Origin: Octopus bimaculoides
Taxonomy: Eukaryota
Assembly: GCF_001194135.2 (NCBI RefSeq)
Contig: NC_068982.1
Coordinates: 154,816,409-154,857,319 of the forward strand
DNA: 40,911 nucleotides
Reading direction: 5' to 3'
Made by a program: the position numbers and the translations under genes
The notes under the pieces: generated by a model
What the model saw: only the letters and a program-made list of their open reading frames with translations
The model's database searches: none
Told to the model about the DNA's origin: nothing
In this document: piece by piece, positions 11,343 through 21,575 of the stretch
How the letters are laid out: each line of letters begins with the position of its first letter
How positions within the stretch are numbered: the first letter of the stretch is position 1

Positions 11343-11415
11343 CTTGGTTGGTGTCCAAGCGCGCTGTTGGCCCACTGAGAGTGGGAGGCCCCTCTGTTGT
11401 TGTCACAACTTCCCT
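11343..11415 (-). CDS. Candidate internal coding exon (REVVTTTEGPPTLSGPTARLDTNQ-G/V)
   Basis: GC-richer island; acceptor TTTTCTTTCTCCAAG, donor CAAG|GTATTT; phase 0 to 1, compatible with the 8894 acceptor. Confidence 0.25.
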
Positions 11416-11717
11416 CTTGGAGAAAGAAAATCTGAGAGAAAACCTGCGACACTGACAATATTCGATGATGTAGACTAGTTCTTCTTTTCGAGTTTATGTT
11501 GTCCATGTTCAGAAAGGGGCATAGGATTTGTGTAAATCTTTTCCCCACTACAAAGAAATCATCATACACAAGCATCGCTTGAAAAGAAGTAAGGCTTATA
11601 ACAAAATGGCTGGTCGTAGCCTCGCCTGTGTGAGACTTTCGATTAGGTGATGGCAACAGTCGAACACGAGTTTGCAATCATTACACACACACACACGTAC
11701 TTGTGTGTGTTTGTGTT

Positions 11718-11763
<46 letters not shown>

Positions 11764-12012
11764 CGTGTGTGTGTGTATGTGTGTGTGTATGTGTGTGTGG
11801 AGGGGCGGCATAGACACATATATGAGAGAATGACCTAGAAATAATAGCCAAATACGCCCGCTATACAAGAATTTAATAAGAAAACGAGAGCTAACAGAGT
11901 ATGTGTAGGTATTTTAATCCTTTAAAATCCTGAATGACTATCAATGGTAAAAAAAAATATCCAAGGGAGACAAGCGAGAAATTTTAATTAGTTTAATTAA
12001 CAGTACGATGAC

Positions 12013-12057
12013 AACTCTGGACATATTTCAATCGTATTAGATCTCATCAGCGAAGTC
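12013..12057 (-). ncRNA. Degenerate type I minimal hammerhead ribozyme (Penelope/retrozyme type)
   Basis: Minus strand GACTTCG-CTGATGA-GATC-TAATAC-GATT-GAAA-TAT-GTC-CAGAGTT has the intact core CUGAUGA/GAAA/GUC, stem II GATC:GATT and a partial stem I. Confidence 0.6.
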
Positions 12058-12449
12058 CATTGTAACGATTACTGCAGATCTTAAAATATCTAGAGAATGA
12101 TCAAAGATATTCGTACGCTTCCATACCATTTTTTTAAAATTTAAATATATACAAGACTACAGAATTTCAATATGTCCTTCATTTTCAAAACTGTAAAATG
12201 CGATCAGAAAAGAGGGATATGGCTGCTATATCTCGCAAATCGACCAGGCAGAGTTACTTTCATTACCTCGTCATCGTTATGTTGGTGTGATCGTCATATT
12301 CTTTTCAAGTCAATCCTGACATCCAGTAACGTATGATCATTTAAGTAGTGAATGATCATACGTTTTCATACTGAATCTTTTTCGGCGGTTTTCATACCGA
12401 ATCATTTTTAGCGGTTTTTATTTATTTTTATTTATGTAGGCATGGCTCC

Positions 12450-12838
12450 AGGCGTGGCTGTGTGGTAAGAAGTTTTCCCAACCACATGGAACCGGGTTCA
12501 GTCTTACTGCGTAGCAACTTGAGCAGATATTTCCTGCTATAGACTCGGGCCGACCAAAGCCTTGTGGGTGGATTTAGTAGACGGACACTGAAAGAAGCAC
12601 GTTGTGTGCATATGTATATGTTAATGTGTGTGTATGTGCATGAGTTTATCCTCCACCACTGCTTGACAACTGGTGTTAGTGTGTTTATGTCCCCGTAGCT
12701 TAGCGATTCGGCAAAGAGTCTGATTGAATAAGCACTACACTTAAAAAAGTAAGTACTGGAGTCGATTCACTCGACTAAAAGATTCTTCAAGGTGGTGCAC
12801 CAGCATGGTCACAGCCTAATGGCTGAAACAAGTAAAAC
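12450..12838 (+). mobile_element. SINE family A, near full length, diverged
   Basis: Collinear homology to 1006-1465, including internal microsatellite and GAAACAAGTAAAA end. Confidence 0.85.
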
Positions 12839-12986
12839 ATAAATTATGCATATAAATACGATTGGGTATGCGTGTTTCACTGTGTGCGTGTGCGTGCGTA
12901 AGTGTGTCCATAATCTACGTTCAGATTTACAAACAGGAATAAGTACTCAATACAGAAGTAAAAGATGAAAGACAAATATATGTATA

Positions 12987-13204
12987 CGAGGGCGTGCTGA
13001 AGAGTTCTTAGCCTAAGGTGAAAGAAAATACAGGCGGATCAGTTAATTATGATTTTATTCAATATATTCCCCTCTCAGATTCACACACATTGCAGCGGTC
13101 TTTCAGTTTTTCTAAGCCCTGTAAAAGAACTAAGAAAGTTGAGCATCCAGCCAGGCCTTTCGCGAGACCCTTAGAGCCAGGTATTTATCAGCACTCCACT
13201 CGCG
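12987..13204. mobile_element. Mariner-derived MITE
   Basis: Degenerate ~30-bp TIRs (CGAGGGCGTGCTGAAGAGTTCTTAGCC vs reverse complement CGCGAGTGGAGTGCTGATAAATACCTGGC); TA at both ends (12985-6, 13205-6). Confidence 0.65.
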
Positions 13205-13837
13205 TATCTTAGAATTCTTCCTAGAAGGAAAGAGCTTATTTATAACAAAGTACTATGTATGTATGTATGTATGCATTTATGTATGTGTACAATGGGTTTG
13301 GCACAATTTCTGGGTACAAATTCACTTCACAGAAAAAGTGAATCTCGCTTGGTACCTCGCTGTGAGATGCATGCCGGAAACACGCGTATACAAAGCGCAG
13401 ACTTCTTAACCAAAGAGCTATGTCTCTGCCTACTTTACATCTTATGCCTTTTTTTTTTCCTTGTCATATATCTTTATGCTTCTGTATTTTCATGAATTAC
13501 TCAAGTTTTCCTTTTCTATAATGCTTTTATTTTGTATTTTTGTTGTTTGAGGGGAGATTTTCGCTTTTTGAATTGTTTTTTATTCGTTTTTTGTTTCTTT
13601 ATTTTGCTTCTTTTTGCTGAAATATATTGCCATGTAACTACTGTAAAATAATATACTTTTCCCGACATGACATACCTTAAACAATTTTATGTAAATTTTA
13701 TGTCAGTTTTATGTCAATCTTCAGAGATAAAAATCGTTACAACGGCCTCAATTGAGACAATTATATATTGTTTTACGTTGGGTGTTGATACTCACAGTTA
13801 ACTTTCCTGTTGCTACCACTGCTCCTACTACTCCTAC

Positions 13838-13945
13838 TGCTGTTGTTGTTTAGACTTATTCCAGCCCCGATTGAGCTGACCGATGATCAAATGTGTTTAA
13901 GTAGTAACCGTCTAGTCTTTTTCATATTTAGGCTCACTATACTAT
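13838..13945 (-). repeat. Dispersed repeat family D, 3' fragment
   Basis: TGTTGTTGTTTAGACTTATTCCAGCCCCGATTGAGCTGACCGATGATCAAA is the reverse complement of the family D end. Confidence 0.5.
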
Positions 13946-14150
13946 ATACATTATCAGTTGTATATTCCCATTTTTAAGAGGGTAGGATTTGATCTGAGAG
14001 ATATTTAGTTATTATTTCCATCTGTTCGAACTGTAGTGACGTCATATGGCGCCAAAAAGGCATAGTCGCCATTACTCCATCTCTAACCACGCATGCGTGA
14101 ATTTCAACGTCCAAGTGTTCCCGCTTAATTCTGTCTCTTTTCCACGCCAG

Positions 14151-14332
14151 ACAGCAATCAAGCAAGACGTCTAAAACAAGCTCTCATTGAGTGTGGAAGA
14201 AGCAAGTTGTCTCTCCAACGATTCAACTCAAGGGACAGTACATCTACATTCAGACGTCTCAGCAACCAGACTGTCACACAGGAGGCTACTCAGAAACCGG
14301 ACAATTGGAGGCTGTCCATTTTACCTCTTTAA
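14151..14332 (+). other. Weak candidate terminal exon (59 codons, then TAA overlapping AATAAA)
   Basis: Acceptor CTTAATTCTGTCTCTTTTCCACGCCAG; phase-1 frame SNQARRLKQALIECGRSKLSLQRF...DNWRLSILPL*; no homology recognised; could instead be LTR-derived. Confidence 0.2.
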
Positions 14333-14814
14333 ATAAATATTGTTGTTGTTGATCAGTTTGGAGTTCTGCGTTCCGTTCACTTCTAATTTAATATAGGAAA
14401 GTCAGGTGTACATCTAATGATGTATAACCCACTTTCCTAAAGAACTATCACAGCGAGACGAGACTCTCGCGTTGACAATTGTTATTGGATGGAGTCGTTA
14501 AGTAATAAAGTATACCGAAGGCGTTGCTACAACTAACTAAAGGTGTTTCTGAGTTTCTGATTCACACACACACACACGCATACACACACACACGCACACA
14601 CACACACGCATATATTGATAATACAAAAATCCTAGGGATATTTTATCGGTGCGAATGGTTTTTTATACGGCGCCGAGTTTACAATCCTGTAAATAATAAT
14701 AATAATGGTTTTTTTTATATAAGCTTACAGCTTATGGCGATCACTGTGAAATGACTAAGGAAAATAGTCTAATAAAGGGGCATATAAGCCCTCGAGAGAA
14801 AAAAAGAAAGCTTT

Positions 14815-14891
14815 CCTAACCGCGTGAGAGGCGAACCTACATTCCTTTGTTAACGCGATTAAGTGTGTCACCTTTACACCAGCGAATCAGG
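14815..14891 (-). pseudogene. tRNA-like sequence (degenerate cloverleaf) followed by a T7 run
   Basis: Acceptor-like CCTGATT/GGTTAGG, D-arm GTGT-AAAGGTG-ACAC, T-arm-like GTAGGTTCGCCTCTCAC; non-canonical anticodon arm; T-run on the minus strand at about 14805-14799. Confidence 0.5.
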
Positions 14892-15066
14892 CTACCCATT
14901 GCTGTCAAATTTAAGAACTATAATATTTTAATCATTTCAAAATAATTGTAACTGAATGGGATTTCATCATCCGAAGATCGTTAATTTCTGTAAAAAATTT
15001 ATTTATTTACTTTTGTTTTAAAGTGAAAGATATACGTACGAGTATATGAAATGGACGTGTGTGTGT

Positions 15067-15119
<53 letters not shown>

Positions 15120-15836
15120 TGAAGGGGGTGTGTTGTCATGTATACGTACATACATTAATACATATGCGTACATCTTTATTGTACGTACGTGTGCATGTGT
15201 GTGTGTGAGAGTGAGTGTGTGTGTAAGTGAATGAACGTGTGTGTTCTCATGTACGTGTAAGTGGCACGCTCTCTTTCTCCCTTTCTCTCTTTCTCTCCTT
15301 CCTCTTTCTCTCCCTCCCTCTTTCTCTCTTTTACTTTCTCCCCCCCCNNNNNNNNNNNNNNNNNNNNNNNNNNNNNNNNNNNNNNNNNNNNNNNNNNNNN
15401 NNNNNNNNNNNNNNNNNNNNNNNNNNNNNNNNNNNNNNNNNNNNNNNNNNNNNNNNNNNNNNNNNNNNNNNNNNNNNNNNNNNNNNNNNNNNNNNNNNNN
15501 NNNNNNNNNNNNNNNNNNNNNNNNNNNNNNNNNNNNNNNNNNNNNNNNNNNNNNNNNNNNNNNNNNNNNNNNNNNNNNNNNNNNNNNNNNNNNNNNNNNN
15601 NNNNNNNNNNNNNNNNNNNNNNNNNNNNNNNNNNNNNNNNNNNNNNNNNNNNNNNNNNNNNNNNNNNNNNNNNNNNNNNNNNNNNNNNNNNNNNNNNNNN
15701 NNNNNNNNNNNNNNNNNNNNNNNNNNNNNNNNNNNNNNNNNNNNNNNNNNNNNNNNNNNNNNNNNNNNNNNNNNNNNNNNNNNNNNNNNNNNNNNNNNNN
15801 NNNNNNNNNNNNNNNNNNNNNNNNNNNNNNNNNNNN

Positions 15837-16766
15837 ACGCATGTGTATTGTTTTGTTTTATTTTGTCGACAACACAGTACAGTATTGTCAGTTGGGCATC
15901 GTCTGTGAGAACAATAGCACCATGACGCAATTCACTCTCCCAGAAATTTGGAAACAACATGCTGTACTGCTTGGCATTCAAGCCGAAAGCTCCAATACGA
16001 ACAGCTTATGGCGATCACTGTGAAATGACTAAGGAAAATAGTCTAATAAAGGGGCATATAAGCCCTCGAGAGAAAAAAAGAAAGCTTTCCTAACCGCGTG
16101 AGAGGCGAACCTACATTCCTTGACGTGTCCCCAAAACATGTACTGAGAGTGATATAAATCAAACGTCCAGTCAACATCGTGGTGTTTGGATTGATCGCTA
16201 GTGATGGCGACGATATGCCTCCATTCATCTTCCTACACGGCCTCAGACTCAACTCGGAGGCCTACATCAAGTGCGTGGAAGAGGTAGTGTTGCCCTAAGT
16301 CAAGAGGGTAGCTGCTAGAAGACCCTATGTCTGGCAACAGGACTCTATACCATGTCATACAAGCAGGAGAACCCAGTCATGTCTGCCAGACAATTTCTGA
16401 GACCACATCACCCCTAATATCTGGCCATTTAACTCCCCACACTGCAACCCCCTTGATTTTTATGTTTGAAGTGCAGTTGGGCGAGAGACCAACAAAACTC
16501 CTTGTAACACCAAAGATGAACTGAAGGCAAGGATTATGGCAACATTCATCAACGTAAACAAGGAGGCCGTCCAGGAGAGTTGCAGGAGATTCCGAAGTCG
16601 TCTGGAGGCCGTGGTTGAAGCCAATGGCGATTTTATTGAATAAATTTACTCTTTAATATTTCAAGATATCTTTATGTAGTTTTGGTAAATTTATCTGTTA
16701 AAATGAGATGTCAGTGTTATTTTCATTTTTGCATAATTTAGATGACAATACATTCACAGCACCCTA
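15837..16766 (+). mobile_element. Internally deleted Tc1/mariner transposon (maT/DD37D-like) with filler DNA
   Basis: ATG at 15922 gives MTQFTLPEIWKQHAVLLGIQAESSNT; from 16122 KRPVNIVVFG...YVWQQDSIPCHTS...WPFNSPHCNPLDFYV...RFRSRLEAVVEANGDFIE* (16641-3), with internal stops; ends CACCCTA+TA. The 5' TIR is presumably in the gap. Confidence 0.85.
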
Positions 16767-16851
16767 TACTGTATGTGTATATATATNNNNNNNNNNNNNN
16801 NNNNNNNNNNNNNNNNNNNNNNCTGTTGCCTATTTTGATTATATAAATATC

Positions 16852-17519
16852 GTGGCACTCCGTCGGTTACGACGACGCGAGCCTGCACGTGAAATTAACG
16901 TGCAGGTGGCTGAGCACTCCTCAGACACGTGTACCATTAACGTAGTTCTCGCGGAGATTCAGCGTGACACAGAGTGTGACAGGTGCAACAGAGACAGGAA
17001 GAAAGAGTGAAAGAAAGTTGTGGTGAAAGAGTACAGCAGTGTTCGCCACCACCTCCTGCCGGAGCCTTGTGGAGTTTTAGGTGTTTTCGCTCAATAAACA
17101 CTNNNNNNNNNNCATTGTTCAATTAAATGGAGTCGCTTGAAACGGTCGTACTGCATCACTACGTGATATCCTGTTGCCTATTTTGATTATATAAATATCG
17201 TGGCACTCCGTCGGTTACGACGACGCGAGCCTGCACGTGAAATTAACGTGCAGGTGGCTGAGCACTCCTCAGACACGTGTACCATTAACGTAGTTCTCGC
17301 GGAGATTCAGCGTGACACAGAGTGTGACAGGTGCAACAGAGACAGGAAGAAAGAGTGAAAGAAAGTTGTGGTGAAAGAGNNNNNNNNNNNNNNNNNNNGC
17401 CTTGTGGAGTTTTAGGTGTTTTCGCTCAATAAACACTCACAACGCCCAGTCTGGGAATCGAAACCGCGATCCTACGACCGCGAGTCTGCTGCCCTAACCA
17501 CTGGGCCATTACGCCTCCA
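16852..17519 (-). mobile_element. SINE family C, present twice around small gaps (16852-17102 and 17200-17519)
   Basis: 16823-17031 is identical to 17171-17379 including unique flank; both copies abut N runs, so probably one element duplicated in assembly. Confidence 0.8.
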
Positions 17520-17761
17520 TATATAAACATATATGAATATATGCGCGCGCGCGTGTGCGTGTGTGTGTGTGTATTTGTGTGTGTGTTCTTGACTGTACTT
17601 TGGCAATGTTGCAATACACGTTGACAACGTTTGAATTGATCTTCTACATAATTCCACACTAAACATGATAAACTCTCTTAGCAGAGTGTTCAATAAATTC
17701 TCTGTTTTAAGCAGTAAATACACCACACACACCTACACACATACACATATATATACGCACG

Positions 17762-17801
<40 letters not shown>

Positions 17802-18920
17802 GACTGCATATGTATATGTATATATACATACCCATGTTTATATATATATACATATATATAAATGTATATGTAAGACATGTGTGTGTATGTGTGTGTATGT
17901 GTGTATGTGTGTGTGTGTGTGTGTGTGTGTCTGTGTCTGTCTGTCTGTGTGTGTGTCGGGGTTATTGGTACAGCCTATAGAAGCCATATATATTGAAATA
18001 TAAAGTTAATTTATGATTTATATATGAAAATACCTGAGTAATAAAACAAGCATAAATTATATTATTCGAAGTTGATATTTTATGTATGGTGTTTAAGTTC
18101 ACAAAACATACATTAAAAAAGCTTTTCGTACATGTGTTCAATTAATGGAATAAGTGTTCAAAGGAGGTATTTAAAAGATGCAAAACACGAAAAAATGTTT
18201 TATTAATAACTTCAAAAGTGTTGGTGAGTTGGAAATATGTTATTTTTCAATTCAGCACGTTAAATTTGATGTCGTCAAATGTTAACTTACCTGGTTATTG
18301 TAATATACCAAAACAATTCACTGCGTTTGTTGATGTGCGTGTGAGCGTGTGTGTGAGTGTGTATGTATGTGTGCATGTGTGTGTATATGTGTGCGTGTGT
18401 GTTTGTCTCTGTATGTGTGTGCGTGCATCTTATTGCTTTTGTTCGTTAACTCGAAGTCGGATTTTATTGAGAAGCATTCCAGTCATGCTCGTTGAATGTT
18501 TTTCTTCGTAGTATAACTTGGATTATATTACAAAAAGCGACAGTGTAAATTAAGATTTAACTGATATTTCTAGCAGATCAAGCGACTGTGAAGCGACAAC
18601 ATCATTAGCTCACATGTGTCATGTGAATTTATATTTGGGTAAGTCTGTGTCAACAATGTGAACGAGGAAAAGAAGTCTCAAGAGAGCGTCCGGCATACTA
18701 AATATACTTGCGGCATGGTCGCATATTTTCGCTACAGAGGGCTGCAAAACTTCGATTAACTGACTTTACATTGACCTTGCCAACTCAGTAGAATAGGTTT
18801 CGCCGAAACACGTTTTACAAACTAGATCCACTCCCATCTACATCATCATTTTTCAAAACAATAATAATAATGATGATGATGATGATGATTACGATGATGA
18901 TGATGATGATGATGATGATG

Positions 18921-19100
18921 ATAAGGGTTTCTAATTTTGGCACAAGGCCAGCAATTTCGGGGAGGGGATAAATCGATTAGATCGACCCCAATGTACAAGC
19001 TGGTATTTATTTAAAGGCTCCGAAAGGATGAACGGCAAAGTCGACCACGGTGGGATTTGAACTCAGAACGTAAAAACGGACGAAATGCCTCTAAGCATTT
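18921..19100 (-). mobile_element. SINE family B, 5'-truncated
   Basis: GAAAGGATGAACGGCAAAGTCGACC...GATTTGAACTCAGAACGTA is the reverse complement of the family B core. Confidence 0.8.
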
Positions 19101-19678
19101 TAAACAATCCTAGATTCAGTTTTTGTCCACTAATTGCATAGATAATAACCCTAGTTAAACAAAGTTTTTCATTTCGCTTCAGTTGTACAGTATGTGCAAG
19201 TGCATATGTTTGTATATGTTTTTACATGTTGTAATTCTAGATAAGTAGATAAAGTGGTAAAGTACCTTATCCAGAAAGAGAAAACCACATAATAGTGCAT
19301 CAGAGAATGGATGAACGTCACAACACGTTGGCTAATGCAGCCACTATTGATACTGGTTGAATATTGTCTCTTGTGGGAATGCTTATTGAGTCGTTCACTC
19401 TGATAGAAAGAGCACTCAAGTCCCCTCGAAAGACACACACAACCGTTTGAAACAGTGAAGGACACGCAGCTGGAATACCTTTCATCGTGAGTTTTCACGA
19501 TCAACTCTAATCTAAAGCTAAACAACAGCGATAGTACAATGAGTATGATAGTGGAGAAAATGATACAATGAGCATGTATTATAATAACAATGAAGAAGCT
19601 GATGGATGGGAATGATGGACAGAAGGACAACATCCATTACATTATTATAACGTTGCGTTATTACGTCATAACGATGAA

Positions 19679-19866
19679 GTGGCGAGCCGGCGGAATTGTT
19701 AGCGCGTCGGACAAAATGATTGGCTGCATAACGTTGCTCAGCTCAAATTCTGCCGAGGTCAACTTTGTCTTTAATTTCAGTAAAGTACCATCAAGTAAGG
19801 GAGTCGATGTAATCGACTACCTACTCTTAAAATTACTGGCCTTCTGCCGAAATTTGGAAGAATTAT
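19679..19866 (+). mobile_element. SINE family B, internally deleted
   Basis: GGCGAGCCGGCGGAATTGTTAGC head, CAAATTCTGCCGAGGTCAACTTTG, GAGTCGATGTAATCGACTA. Confidence 0.8.
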
Positions 19867-19927
19867 ATCTTAATGATGCAATAATCACTACGCTGTTATA
19901 TCGTTACGTTATAATAATCGCAACGAT

Positions 19928-19978
19928 AATTATAACGATTAATTATAACGATTAATTATAACGATTAATTATAACGAT
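19928..19978. repeat. 13-bp minisatellite (AATTATAACGATT) x ~4
   Basis: Directly visible. Confidence 0.85.
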
Positions 19979-20018
19979 GATGGTACTGTTGTTATCATGG
20001 CTGTTGCTGCTGCTACTA

Positions 20019-20180
20019 CTGTTTAACCCTTATCAGCCCCTAATCAAACAGACCTACCCATGGTCAAAGCCGTTTTAGATTTTATACGACCACTCAGTCA
20101 TTTTTCTTCACAGCGCTTTCCAATATGTTGTACCTTCTGTGAAGATGGCAGGACATCATTTGAAAGAGGTTAGCTGTTAT
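20019..20180 (-). repeat. Dispersed repeat family D, decayed copy
   Basis: Reverse-complement similarity to 34993-35217. Confidence 0.5.
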
Positions 20181-20941
20181 TTTTTGCACATGAATAAAAA
20201 CGCTGTTATCGCTGTTGCTGTAGCTGTTGTTGTATTTAGCAGCAAGTTACTCATGACTAAACACATCCATAATAATAAACGTTACGGTCATAGAGTATTG
20301 CATTCCTTGGACTTCATTATCTGATGTATATCTTCCATTAGGCTGTTATTTCTAAAATGTCTAACGACCACATAGATGCTTACAAGCTGACCTTATTGAC
20401 GATTAAGGCGACAAAGATGAATGATAATGGCGGCTATGACTTTTGCGTTAAAACAAAAACAAAAAAAATATCCTCGGAGCATAATAAAGAATTTAAAAAA
20501 TAAAAAAAAAAATTAGAAAAAAACAAAAATATGAAAGCATTCTCTCCTAAAACAAAAACAGAGAAATGCAGAGAGAATATGAAAGAGAAAGAGAGAGAGA
20601 GCGACAGATAGATGAGATTAGATGTTATTCTTTTCATCAGTATGGCGTTAGCGAGCAGATGTGGAGGTTGAGCAGAGTAATGGTGCCTTAAGATAAACTT
20701 TCTTACTGTATCACATCTGTGAGGCACAATACATTCTCTGTAGTTGAAGGATTTCTTTGCAAACAATGGCTGCTTGTCAAGGCGAACATTAGACTCTGTT
20801 GCCTATAGTCCAGAGAGCAGTAACTCTGGTTGTTTACATGTATGTATATGTGTATATGTGCGTTATGTATGAGTCTCTCTGCGCGTGAACGTGTATGCAT
20901 ATATGTGTGTGTGTGTGTGTGCATACAACGCATACACAGAC

Positions 20942-20994
<53 letters not shown>

Positions 20995-21055
20995 CATACA
21001 TATGAGTATATACAGATACAAATATATTGAACATATATATGTGGGGGAAGTGGGG

Positions 21056-21099
<44 letters not shown>

Positions 21100-21222
21100 G
21101 CGCGCATTCACACACGCACTCACACACACGCACAGAAACACACACTTTGTACATGAGTCTGTAAGAAAATGTCTAAAACATGCAAATATAATAATTTTCA
21201 TTGTTGTTGTTATTGCTAGTAG

Positions 21223-21281
<59 letters not shown>

Positions 21282-21334
21282 TTTTATTATCATCATCATC
21301 ATTAATTATTATTGTTGTTGTTGTTGTAGTTATC

Positions 21335-21524
21335 AAGGTGTCAAGTTGACAAAATCGTTAGCGTACCGAACAAAATTCTTAATATTTCGTCTGTGTTTAC
21401 GTTCTGAATTCAAATTTCCCTGAAGTGGACTTTGTCTTCCATATTTTGGGGTTCGATAAAATAAGTACCAGTTGAGCACGCCCCCTCCCGACAAATGTCA
21501 GGGCTTGTGATTGTTGTCGAGGCG
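21335..21524 (+). mobile_element. SINE family B, diverged; its ATT tail hosts the RLE array
   Basis: GTTCTGAATTCAAATTTCCCTGAAGTGGACTTTG...TCGATAAAATAAGTACCAGTTGAGCAC, running into (ATT)n at 21525. Confidence 0.75.

Positions 21525-21574
<50 letters not shown>

Positions 21575-21575
<1 letters not shown>

Noticed and set aside
13655-13725. CTGAAGA...GAAA on the minus strand
   Set aside because: Stem I cannot form.
16823-17436. Apparent tandem duplication of a SINE C plus flank
   Set aside because: The copies are identical and bounded by N runs, typical of a gap-filling artefact.
18291-18320. Consensus minus-strand donor CAG|GTAAGT with a 30-nt micro-exon; similar isolated sites at 7013, 20708, 28953 and 33494
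   Set aside because: Each has only one good splice site or no recognisable peptide, so no supportable gene chain can be built.
19169-19633. 154-aa ORF as a gene
   Set aside because: No recognisable domain, a low-complexity start, and an ORF of this length can arise by chance in 41 kb; kept only as context for the inverted SINE pair.
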